The notes under the pieces were generated by a model. The model saw only the letters and a program-made list of their open reading frames with translations. It was not told the origin of the DNA and did no database searches. Below are positions 8,826-18,082 of a DNA stretch of 64,000 nt, one piece after another. The first letter of the stretch is position 1, and the number at the start of each line of letters is the position of its first letter. This stretch comes from a virus (lineage: Duplodnaviria > Caudoviricetes). A program made the position numbers and the translations under genes. The stretch lies in IMG/VR virus record IMGVR_UViG_3300031760_000034, positions 1-64,000 of that record; one strand, 5' to 3'.

Positions 8826-9311
8826 ATGGCAAAAGACAACAAGAAGACCATCTCTTTGATGGATGTGAACGAGGAGAATTTCAGTGAGTCACTGAAGAGT
8901 GTTAACACCTTTGGCGAGGATATCGTCAAAGCTGCCGCTGAGAAGGAAGAAGAGGCTAACAAGGAGCGCAAAATCCGTGAGTACAATAGTATCAAGGATA
9001 AGGCTGTATACCTGAACCTCTCACTCGTAGCTCGTTCAAAGTATAGCAAGAAGTGTAACGACATCATGACCGAGGCCCGCAACCAGTCCAAGGCTCTGCT
9101 CGAGCGTGTCACCAAGGGTGAGCTCAGCGCTAATGAGTATGATGAGGAGCTGAAGAAGGTGATCGACGACCAGGTGAAGGAGGTCGAGAAGGTTGGCAAG
9201 ACCCTGCGTAAGGATCTTGAGGAGCTGCGCAATGCATATCCTAACCACTGGTGCTATTCTTGGGATAACCCGTTCCAGCGCTTGAATCGCGCGATCGAGA
9301 CAAACAAGTAA
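8826..9311 (+). CDS. Acidic coiled-coil hypothetical protein, 161 aa
   Basis: Strong C/G-ending codon bias, suggesting high expression. Confidence 0.85.
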   Translation: MAKDNKKTISLMDVNEENFSESLKSVNTFGEDIVKAAAEKEEEANKERKIREYNSIKDKAVYLNLSLVARSKYSKKCNDIMTEARNQSKALLERVTKGELSANEYDEELKKVIDDQVKEVEKVGKTLRKDLEELRNAYPNHWCYSWDNPFQRLNRAIETNK

Positions 9312-9329
9312 AAATCCTGCAATAGGCGA

Positions 9330-9756
9330 GAGCCTTGAGCCAGTACCTATACATGGGAGATATGTGAAGACTCCAGAATATGGCATTGGGCCAGTGTGCA
9401 GTCACTCCCCGATATAGATCTGAATTGACAGGTCCACCGAGAGCCGGAATATGGAGAGAGAAACTGTTAAGGAAAGTATAGATAAGAAATATATCAATGT
9501 CAATAGCCTTGAGCACGCGACAGGATACATATATTATTAGCTATATGGAACTTAATAAGCCTCTCTTATGTTATGGGAGCCAGTGTGGCAGGTAAGCAGT
9601 GAGCCAACGCTGTTAAAACTATTGGACCATTAGATCAAATCACTATCGTATTGAGCCTTGAGCCTGTGCAACTAAAAGGATTTCTCGGGTGTGAGATATA
9701 GACACTGTACGATATATCAAGAATGTGAACTATATACTATGTGTGAGCCTTGAGCC
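9330..9756 (+). repeat. Dispersed GAGCCTTGAGCC repeats in a non-coding tract
   Basis: Full copies at 9330, 9653 and 9745; partial at 9505; extra GAGCC near 9441, 9577 and 9601. Confidence 0.75.
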
Positions 9757-9897
9757 GGAGCATGGTCAATGTAGGAAAATTTAAGGTGAGGTTATAAGTG
9801 ATTTGAGGCGTCGTATACCCTTGAGTGGACCAGCTATCCATGAGAGGTTAGAAAACGCGTCAGAAAGCCTGTAAATAGCCTTAAATCGAACGTTTCG

Positions 9898-10183
9898 GCT
9901 GATCCCCGATATGTTCAGCAAAGAAATCTTAGCGGTCTGAGGTAAGTTGTTCGGACGAGGGTTCGAATCCCTCCGGCTCCACCCCAATCTCTTGATGACA
10001 ACACGGAAAGACGTGTATATCCCTCTCCGGAGGGAAACTGGGGTCGATAGGATTTAGACGGGCAATGGAAGTAAAGGCATTAACGCTTTGATATAACAAT
10101 AACTGGCAATTATAATATTGCAGACTACACGGGCCTCAAGGAGGCAGCGTGAAGTCGGTGGGACAGACTACCAAAGTGTCTGT
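9898..10183 (+). ncRNA. ssrA: Circularly permuted (two-piece) tmRNA
   Basis: The 3' acceptor part (GGAC-GAGGG-TTCGAAT-CCCTC-CGGCTCC-A, 9953-9981) lies upstream of the 5' part (GGGGTCG...TTAGACGGG from 10040). The two pair with a G3-U70 wobble. Tag ORF 10105-10152 = GNYNIADYTGLKEAA*. Outer boundaries are approximate. Confidence 0.85.
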
Positions 10184-10187
10184 TTTA

Positions 10188-10236
10188 GAGTGAGAATCGA
10201 GAAGGGATAAGGGGTTCGAATCCCCATCTCACTCCA
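10188..10236 (+). other. tRNA-like mini-helix (acceptor + T arm only)
   Basis: GAGTGAGA/TCTCACTC stem with GGGG-TTCGAAT-CCCC T arm; no D or anticodon arm. Confidence 0.6.
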
Positions 10237-10296
10237 ATAGTGGTAGAGGCTTACTGGGGCTCGCCTGACACCACGAGAAAAACAAACGCCCCATAT

Positions 10297-10370
10297 GGAC
10301 TTATAGCTCAGTTGGTTAGAGCAGCAGACTCATAATCTGAAGGTCCCAGGTTCAAGCCCTGGTTGGTCCA
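10297..10370 (+). tRNA. tRNA with CAT anticodon (Ile2 or Met)
   Basis: Full cloverleaf: GGACTTA/TTGGTCC, D arm GCTC/GAGC, loop CT-CAT-AA (10331-10333), T arm CCAGG-TTCAAGC-CCTGG. Confidence 0.9.
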
Positions 10371-10385
10371 CAAATGTCCTTCAAT

Positions 10386-10456
10386 TGGATCATGGTGTAA
10401 TGGTAACACTACAGGTTTTGGTTCTGTCATTCGAGGTTCGAATCCTCGTGGTCCAA
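10386..10456 (+). tRNA. tRNA-Gln(TTG)
   Basis: TGGATCA/TGGTCCA acceptor (U1-A72 type), ACAGG-TT-TTG-GT-TCTGT anticodon arm, CGAGG-TTCGAAT-CCTCG T arm. Confidence 0.92.
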
Positions 10457-10460
10457 CAAT

Positions 10461-10964
10461 ATGTTAAACAATACAGGATATCGACAGATGCTTAGGGATA
10501 GAGTCCCTAAATTTGTCAGCTTTGCACTCAAATGGTGTAAAGCCAAGGAAGCATGGCTTGACCATGTTTATAAGAACTTTATCTGGGTTTATGCTAGTAA
10601 GAAAGAACGGCTTGCGGAGACGAGACGCGTTCTTGGTATAACTGATCCTAGAATGAAGAACTTCGTATTTGCGGATACTATCGATTGGGAAAATCTTGAT
10701 CGAGATGAGACTGCTTATTGGAAAAATGTAGCATCTTGGGTATCCTGGTTCCAAAAGACCGTCCCCGTTATCGAGGACGAGTACAAAATCTCTAAACAAG
10801 GAGGAGCAGACATCGTTGATTTAAAGCGTACTATTATGCTTAATTGGCTGTCTAAGTATTTTCCTACAAAGGAAGATAACGCTGAAGTTCGTAAGAAAAA
10901 GAACAAGTTTATAAATAACTTGGTCGATTATCTTATCGATTGTTTTGAAAACCGTATTAAATAA
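10461..10964 (+). CDS. Hypothetical protein, 167 aa
   Basis: ORF starting 4 nt after tRNA-Gln. Confidence 0.8.
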   Translation: MLNNTGYRQMLRDRVPKFVSFALKWCKAKEAWLDHVYKNFIWVYASKKERLAETRRVLGITDPRMKNFVFADTIDWENLDRDETAYWKNVASWVSWFQKTVPVIEDEYKISKQGGADIVDLKRTIMLNWLSKYFPTKEDNAEVRKKKNKFINNLVDYLIDCFENRIK

Positions 10965-10967
10965 AAT

Positions 10968-11417
10968 ATGAGCGTATTTTCCAATTATTTGAGCCCGTAT
11001 GTTGAAGCGGGTATTTTGCAAGACGTGGACCAAACAAAGCCTAGTAATGTGTACGCTCAGCTGAGTATCGCATACAATCAAGGCTCAGTTGGTGTTCAAA
11101 ACACTACAAGACTGTTTGTTCCGCACTACGATGAACAGGATTTAGATGAATTTGATGAGAAGCTTTTGTATACTATCTGGTCAAATGAGCATCTACAAGG
11201 ATTGATAAAATGGTTTAATTCTAAGATTATTCCAGAATTTACTGAAATTTCTTATCAGACTATAAATGTCAGAGTAAGGATATTTATCAGTAAATTAAAC
11301 AAACTTGTAAATGACGGACTAGTGGATAAAGAGACTGCAATTCGATTACATTTGAATCTTGTTGACACAATTAAGGAAGAGCATGTAGCCCTCATAAATG
11401 AGGACTTGCCCTTCTAG
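10968..11417 (+). CDS. Hypothetical protein with an SSB-like C-terminal tail (EDLPF)
   Basis: 149-aa ORF ending ...NEDLPF-TAG. Confidence 0.75.
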   Translation: MSVFSNYLSPYVEAGILQDVDQTKPSNVYAQLSIAYNQGSVGVQNTTRLFVPHYDEQDLDEFDEKLLYTIWSNEHLQGLIKWFNSKIIPEFTEISYQTINVRVRIFISKLNKLVNDGLVDKETAIRLHLNLVDTIKEEHVALINEDLPF

Positions 11418-11561
11418 GGCTGTCCCACCCATCCCAGGTATTTATACGCTGCATATGGGTACATAAAAGAGGTGGTCTTTGATGACAACAGCCCACTAAG
11501 CGTTTTCGGTTTACGCCAACAGGAGTGACACCTTAATAAAACCGACTAAATTGTGTTTGAT

Positions 11562-12116
11562 ATGAAAGCTAATACTCCACGCATAACTGAAGAGGAGATA
11601 GCTCTTATCAAAAGTGCTCAAGCAGGTAATATATCTGCTTATAATAAACTTTACCATCTATATAGTGGATTTACTACAAATCTATTGTATCAGTTCATCA
11701 AAGATTATGATGAGGCTAGAGATATAAATAATCTAGTATGGCTAAAAGTTTATAATAAACTCTCGAAGTTCACAGACTATTCGTCATTCGGCGGATGGCT
11801 GAGAATATTAACTAATCGCACAGCTATTGATTATCTACGTAAGCTAAAACCTTCAATTTATATTCCTGATGACTTGAGTTGTAATCAAGATCAGAATATG
11901 ACTAGTGAGGAATCACAGACTGATTTAACTTCTTATAATCAAGTATTGGAGGTTATTAGACAATTCCCAGAAGACATTCGTAGGATCTTTGAATTGCATT
12001 ATATAGAGCATCTTAGCGTAAGTGAGATTAGTGAAGTTACCAAGATTCCTACCGGTACGATTAAATCGCATCTTAGTAGGAAGCGTAAATTAATTAAAAA
12101 ACTCTTAAAATTATGA
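11562..12116 (+). CDS. ECF-type sigma-70 factor
   Basis: Region 2 (DEARDINNLVWLKVY, FGGWLRILTNRTAIDYLRK) and region 4 HTH (LSVSEISEVTKIPTGTIKSHLSR). Confidence 0.9.
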   Translation: MKANTPRITEEEIALIKSAQAGNISAYNKLYHLYSGFTTNLLYQFIKDYDEARDINNLVWLKVYNKLSKFTDYSSFGGWLRILTNRTAIDYLRKLKPSIYIPDDLSCNQDQNMTSEESQTDLTSYNQVLEVIRQFPEDIRRIFELHYIEHLSVSEISEVTKIPTGTIKSHLSRKRKLIKKLLKL

Positions 12117-12499
12117 TGACTTTATTAGCTTTTGTCTCCGTTATTGCTGCCATCACTGCAATTGCTCGTTACAATGAAAGTGAGAAGCTATTCTGGAGCC
12201 TGCTCGTATCTTTTGTAGGTGCGTATGCAGCAGTCAACGTAGCAGTTAATCTGCTCAACGATGACAAGAAGAGTGATAAGGTTGTTATGATTGAAAAGTC
12301 CCCCATGCAGGTGCAGGAGAGTGTACCACTCCTTACTGGAGTTTTGGCAGATATATCTCTTTCTGCAACCATGCGGGAGAAATCCCCAAAGCCTGCAGGT
12401 AAGGATATGCTTTTCAATCAGGACAATATTATCACAAGTGAAGTCCATCGCAAGGCGCGTGGACAACCACAATGGTATATGTACTTTAGTGATAGTTGA
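12113..12499 (+). CDS. Two-TM membrane protein coupled to the sigma gene
   Basis: Two hydrophobic helices; ATGA overlap with the sigma stop. Confidence 0.75.
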   Translation: MMTLLAFVSVIAAITAIARYNESEKLFWSLLVSFVGAYAAVNVAVNLLNDDKKSDKVVMIEKSPMQVQESVPLLTGVLADISLSATMREKSPKPAGKDMLFNQDNIITSEVHRKARGQPQWYMYFSDS

Positions 12500-12595
12500 C
12501 TAATGTCAAATCACCCAAAGACTATACCCAAAAAGATTGACTTAGAACGAGCCTAGTCAGCTCATAGTAATTAACAATTTAGACATTTATCAAAA

Positions 12596-13987
12596 ATGGC
12601 AAAAGATAAGAAAAAGAATCCTACGGTTGAAGCTCCTGTAGTGGAGAAGCCGGAGGAAAAAGCTCCTGAGACGAAAGTTGAGGAGACTAAGGTTATTAAC
12701 GTAGCCACAAATAAGAAGGGCCTGTCGCAGAGCGATAAAGTTACTTACCTGAAAGAGCTCCGTCATCGTAGCGATGAGCTCAAGCAGGAAGATAATCCTC
12801 CTATGGAGATGATTAAGGGTTATGATATGATTCGTGACGCTGTCATCATAGACATTGCTGTAGGAGAGATTGCGTGCGGTGAGAGTGCAACTGGTCATAT
12901 CCTGATTGCTAATGAGAATAACTATAAAGCTTTGCAGCTTGCAGCTATAACTCGTGGCGTCAAGATTCCCGAGTTTAAGGCTCTTCCTCGTCCTACAAAG
13001 TCTCAGCTTGAGGCTGTAGGTATCGCTGAAATTGGCGAGATTCGTGCACTGCCTATGAAGGACATTAAGCCTTCTAAGGAAGCTGTCGAGAAGAAGAAGG
13101 AAGAGAACAAGCTCAATGCCGAGGCAGAATCTGGTAAGAAAGAGTATCTGAACGATCACACTAAAATTGAGACTGACGATCAGCTGAAGGAGGCCCTTGG
13201 GTTTCAACTCGCTAACAATAAAATCGCTAGTCCGCTTGATCGTATTATCACAGCAGCTCAGTTCTACCGTGCCTATCGTGAGGCTCTCGCCGAAAAGTCA
13301 GACAATCCGCAGGTTGAACTTGCTAAGATCCATGAGCTCACTCTCTCTGATCTCCTTCAGGAGATTAGCACTATGGTGCCCCCCAGCTTCACCGCTGAAG
13401 GATTCGGCCGCCTATTATGTAAGCGCATTGCCGATACTAAGAGCGTGGTACCAGCCTTTGAGATGCTCAAGCGTTGTGGCAAGAAGCGTAACGACAAGGA
13501 GTTCAAGTTCTCTGATGAGGAGATTGCAGCTCTGGTTCGCGTTCTCGTGGTTTGGAAGGCTTCTGCTGAAATAGCTAATCATGGTGCAACAATCAAGCGT
13601 CTGTCTAAGGATGCTAAGAAGAATGCTGACGCCATAGATAAGGCTAACAACGATATCAAGGCAGAGCAAGAGTTGATGAACTATGTTACCAATCCTTCTT
13701 ATGATCTCGCGGATAATTTCATTGCTGCTTATAACAATAAGGAGAATGAGATGCACAACTCTGCAACTGAGATCTATAAGAGTATTGTTGAGACCTATTA
13801 TAAGGACGTTAACGTTCCTGAGCTCGAATTCGAGACTATGTTGTTGAACGTTCAGCAGCATGTAGGTATCGACCTGAATCTCTTCAATGAGGAGATGCTG
13901 AAACGTAGTGAGTATGACTCTAAGAATCTCATTGAGATTACTTCTGAGACTGACGAAGAACCTGAAGGTGAGTCAAAAAACGCATAA
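12596..13987 (+). CDS. Hypothetical protein, 463 aa
   Basis: Long ORF with biased codon use and the CATTTATCAAAA leader. Confidence 0.9.
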   Translation: MAKDKKKNPTVEAPVVEKPEEKAPETKVEETKVINVATNKKGLSQSDKVTYLKELRHRSDELKQEDNPPMEMIKGYDMIRDAVIIDIAVGEIACGESATGHILIANENNYKALQLAAITRGVKIPEFKALPRPTKSQLEAVGIAEIGEIRALPMKDIKPSKEAVEKKKEENKLNAEAESGKKEYLNDHTKIETDDQLKEALGFQLANNKIASPLDRIITAAQFYRAYREALAEKSDNPQVELAKIHELTLSDLLQEISTMVPPSFTAEGFGRLLCKRIADTKSVVPAFEMLKRCGKKRNDKEFKFSDEEIAALVRVLVVWKASAEIANHGATIKRLSKDAKKNADAIDKANNDIKAEQELMNYVTNPSYDLADNFIAAYNNKENEMHNSATEIYKSIVETYYKDVNVPELEFETMLLNVQQHVGIDLNLFNEEMLKRSEYDSKNLIEITSETDEEPEGESKNA

Positions 13988-14065
13988 CGGCTGCTAAGGA
14001 AACTGTTAGAAACTTAGTACGCCGAGTTTGCGGATATATTTTCGCATAATCTAACAATCAATGTT

Positions 14066-14566
14066 ATGAAGCGTTTTACTACCTTTATGTGCTGTATTGC
14101 ATTAATGATCGCAGGTGCTGGTCTTGCTATCAGTAATCTAAAGTCATTGCCACAAAATACAATTGCAGCGGCTACGCCCTATTACAGACCAACTTTGCCT
14201 GTAGTAGGTAATATATTACCTCCCGCATACCGGTGTGAACTGGGCGAGAAGGACTCTCATGCACGAGCAACTTCCTCCAAAGACTCTGTCAACATTATAG
14301 ACAGTGTACGTTGGGTTACAAAGACAAAATGGAAGACTCGTTATCGTGATGTTGATCGTATCGCAACTCACGATACAGGAACTGACACAACGGCTACCAC
14401 TCCAGATAGTTTGTTGCTAAGTCCTGAGTGTACTGATATGTTGGGTCGTGAGGAGTATCCCAAGGATGGTGTTGAGTCTTCTAAAGGCTCATCTATACAA
14501 TTAACTGTCGACGGTGAAGTTGTATATTCCAAAAACGACAATCACTCCGCGGAGGGATGCCAGTGA
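14066..14566 (+). CDS. Secreted or membrane-anchored hypothetical protein
   Basis: N-terminal basic and hydrophobic signal. Confidence 0.75.
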   Translation: MKRFTTFMCCIALMIAGAGLAISNLKSLPQNTIAAATPYYRPTLPVVGNILPPAYRCELGEKDSHARATSSKDSVNIIDSVRWVTKTKWKTRYRDVDRIATHDTGTDTTATTPDSLLLSPECTDMLGREEYPKDGVESSKGSSIQLTVDGEVVYSKNDNHSAEGCQ

Positions 14567-14569
14567 GGA

Positions 14570-16830
14570 ATCACTGGCTTCCCAGCCTTGTGGCAATCCG
14601 GTCAGCGCATGTAAACAGTCTCATTAGCTGGCGCGAAATAGTACAACTTGATCCGAGAATATGTTAGCCTGCTCAACAGGTGAGAAACCCAAAAGGTAGG
14701 ATGAAATGCTATGATGTTGTACGTACTATACAACTGAAAAGTTCATAGTAAGTGGGGAGAGCGTATGTATCAGACCCCAACACATATATAAACCAGACAG
14801 GTTCTTTATGCCTGATCCAGACTTATGAAGTGTGGGATATATGTAAGGAAGACGCACAGAGTAAACCGAAAAAGAAATGCTACTGCTTGTTCATGCAATT
14901 CTTAAGTAGCTCTAAACTGAACCGTATCGATAAATCTACTATAAGCGATACATAATAGTAGAATCACGTTACACGAGTTGAACATACAGACAAGATGCCA
15001 AACCCTGTATGATGTATCGATTCACTATAGCTGTAGTCCAGTGTCACAGGTCTCCAAAACCTGCATTGAGGGACGAGTCTGAGTATATTAGCCTAGCAGA
15101 AGGCTTGACTGTCTGCGCTGTACCGTAACTACGGTCCTTGAAGAAATCCTTTCAGTTTCGATTACTGAATGACCACCTTTGAGGCTACGGTCCCACTGGG
15201 TCACTAGGGATGGGGTGCTGAGGAAAATATGATGAAGACAACCGATGAGCTTTTGGTCGTTTATTCGGTATATAAAAGAGAAAATGACCGCTAGGTAGAT
15301 GGCGCTACCTATGGCGAAGTAGGGCATAGATGCTTGAAGGCCACGCGAGTGAAGTCCGCGAGTAAGACTATTCTAAAGTTACAAAAGACTATGGTAAGCG
15401 ATAGTTAAGTAGTATAGATTGGAGATGTACCAGAGGAAATGCTGGAGTCGAAGGATGACAACCTGACAGTCAAATCCAAATTCTTTCTTATAGTGAGATG
15501 GGTCGATTCGAAGCCTGTACAGCCAGTACAGAGAGAGATCGCTCACATTTTAATAAGGATAGTATATGCAATAAAATAGCACTGTTATACTATATCAGCG
15601 AGAGTAGTAAACTCGTGTGCGGTATAACTTGACTATGCACGGAAAATATACGAAAGTAGTTGAAATGTAATTAATATGTTTAACAAAAAATTAGTGTCCC
15701 TCTATGAAATCTATTACGTTATGTTCAACGCCTTAGAAAAGTGTCCTTCTGTTGTATTGAAGAAACATGACCATTTTAGACGTATGATAGAGAACTGAGT
15801 GCCAACCGTTCCTGAGAAGCAAATTTAGGACAAGATAGAAGGCCAGAAGCTTAGATCAGCAAGTCTAAGTGGTGCGTCCTGTCTATGAAGTCGATATACA
15901 CGACAAACGGAGAAATCCAGATATAAGGCAGCATACTGTAAAGCGAAACCACTCCCTTGTCTCGGGTTGGGTAAAGCGACCCACATGAACCCTATGTAGT
16001 GTAGGTAGTACTGTGGGAAACCGGCGAAGCAGCGCTTTATGTGGGTGACAAATCTAGGTGTATGAGGTGAAATTCCTCCAGTATTCGCGCACTATAAACA
16101 GAAGACAGCAGCAAAGCTGAATGTACAACAAAAAGCCGTTGGTCCACGATAGAGTTTTGGAGCTCTTAGACCGATTCGATAATAAACAGGTTAGATTTAG
16201 CCTGAGAGGCCATAAGCTGATAAATTAAACGGCCAGATAATATTGATTGTTCTGACTGGCAAAACAAATAGAACTGGGGCAGCTGTGCCTAACTTGGTAT
16301 CGCAAGACCGAGATACAACAGCAACGTAGTTGTCTTTTTATTTGGAAAATACGGAGATATACTACACTTTATTGATTTATATTTCTTGGATCCATGAGCA
16401 CTAGGCCGTGACCGTCGCAAGACGTAGCTACTCTGCCAACGAGCCCAAGTTATATTGTACAAAACTCAATATTGTGTTTCGTGTTTGGTGCTTGATTGCA
16501 CAATGTGGCAATTAGCGCTTTTTGAACCTTTATTATAAATGGGTATATATGTCCTACCGTTGGACTCCCGTTGTATTGATTGAGCTTCACAACAGTTTAC
16601 TCGGAGAGGAATATAAAGATACAACTATATAATGAAGAAAACGCGCTTCCCATAAGCATAGCACAACCAGAAAAGAAACAAGATAGAAACACTATAAAAC
16701 TTCCGATAATGCGGCACCTTTTCAAACAGGGATGCTAGCGTATCAAACTTTTTATGGCAACGTCCGAGCCGAGAGGACATATGTGTAACCTTATGTCGTT
16801 GGTCAATCACTGACGATATCAAAAAGGACA
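14570..16830 (+). ncRNA. Candidate large structured ncRNA region
   Basis: 2.26 kb with no convincing long ORF and dense hairpins, many with GNRA loops; strand assumed from flanking genes. Confidence 0.5.
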
Positions 16831-16835
16831 TAAGA

Positions 16836-17465
16836 ATGGCAGAAATTAATGTAAACAGTGCCGTAGATATGGGCACCGTGGCTCAGCATATGAGTCAAAT
16901 TTCAAAACTTGGCGGCCTTTTGGGCGCTAAGTATTTTATGCTGGAAGGCAAAGACACGTGGACAGACTTTGATAAGAAGCAGCGTGAGCTCCAGCTCAAC
17001 CCCAAATCACCGGAACTTATTCTCAATAAGTCTCCGCGTAAGTATGAGATTCGTGATTTTGATGTAATCGCACAGTCCATTAAGACTAATCCCCTTACTG
17101 GCGTTACGTCTGTCGTATTTAACCCTGGTACCTCAACAGAGGCTGAAGCTTCGATTGTAGCTGGCAATGCTTTCGCTCCTATATCTGACGATGCTCTCGC
17201 AGCAGCGCTCACTCCTGGTGCAGCTAAGCATATCTTCGCTAACGGTCGTTCGCTGTTGAACAAGGTCAACATTGCTAACCAGCAGAATGTTGATATGATC
17301 ACAGCCCTGATCAAGATCTTGCAGGCTCAGAAGGATTCTATCATCTCTACGATGAAGGCCAATGAGAAGAAGGTCAATGACTATGAGGAGAACTTGCTGA
17401 AGAGCAAGAAGGAGCTCGAGAATGCCGATAACGGCTCAGTTGAGGTTATTATAGGTCAGTCTTAA
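16836..17465 (+). CDS. Hypothetical protein with C-terminal coiled coil, 209 aa
   Basis: Long ORF with biased codon use. Confidence 0.85.
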   Translation: MAEINVNSAVDMGTVAQHMSQISKLGGLLGAKYFMLEGKDTWTDFDKKQRELQLNPKSPELILNKSPRKYEIRDFDVIAQSIKTNPLTGVTSVVFNPGTSTEAEASIVAGNAFAPISDDALAAALTPGAAKHIFANGRSLLNKVNIANQQNVDMITALIKILQAQKDSIISTMKANEKKVNDYEENLLKSKKELENADNGSVEVIIGQS

Positions 17466-17467
17466 TC

Positions 17468-18082
17468 ATGGCACAGTTTGACGATAAGCAAAAAGAGCGT
17501 ATCGTCCACTTGATTGAGACCTTGCTTGTAGAACCAAAAATACGAGAGAGTGTAACACGCGACTTTGTTCCTCATAAGAAGGAATATAAGCACGTTCTCA
17601 TAGTAATAGAACGTTCCAAGATATACTTCGCAAAATACAGTTGGGGAGGTTTTGGAACATTCATGAATAATCTAATCAAGTGCTATGAGGAAGTTAGTTT
17701 CTCTGACTTCTTCATTAAGACGTGGGACGCACTTGTTGACATGACAGTCGGAATGCCTGCGCACAAGGCTGTTCTTGAGGGGCTTTCGCGGGAGACCTTA
17801 CTCAAGGGCATCCACAATAAGGAATATGACTGGATTGTAGATCGATTTTTCGACGTATGTCGACACTTAACGAACGATGGATATTGGAAGACCATAGGGA
17901 CGAAAACTAATCTTGATGATCAAGAGAAGGATTCCCACCATGTTAAAGGTTGTCCTTTCTCCAACGGCGTAGAAATACAGGTAGGCACCCCAAAGGCGCC
18001 TCCTACAATTTGGCGAGTCGTAGACTCACTTGGACAAACATTCGAAGTGCTTAGTGCTCGATGGGTTGGTGGCGTAGAATAA
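17468..18082 (+). CDS. Hypothetical protein, 204 aa
   Basis: ORF starting 2 nt after the previous stop. Confidence 0.8.
   Translation: MAQFDDKQKERIVHLIETLLVEPKIRESVTRDFVPHKKEYKHVLIVIERSKIYFAKYSWGGFGTFMNNLIKCYEEVSFSDFFIKTWDALVDMTVGMPAHKAVLEGLSRETLLKGIHNKEYDWIVDRFFDVCRHLTNDGYWKTIGTKTNLDDQEKDSHHVKGCPFSNGVEIQVGTPKAPPTIWRVVDSLGQTFEVLSARWVGGVE

Noticed and set aside
9781-9987. - strand ORF MGWSRRDSNPRP...
   Set aside because: This is the antisense shadow of the tmRNA T arm, a typical spurious translation.
14905-14925. CT-CTA-AA as a suppressor anticodon loop
   Set aside because: The flanking stem pairs poorly and there is no D arm, T arm or acceptor stem.
14570-16830. Group I/II intron or CRISPR array
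   Set aside because: There is no interrupted host gene, no recognisable P7 or domain V core, and no regularly spaced repeats.
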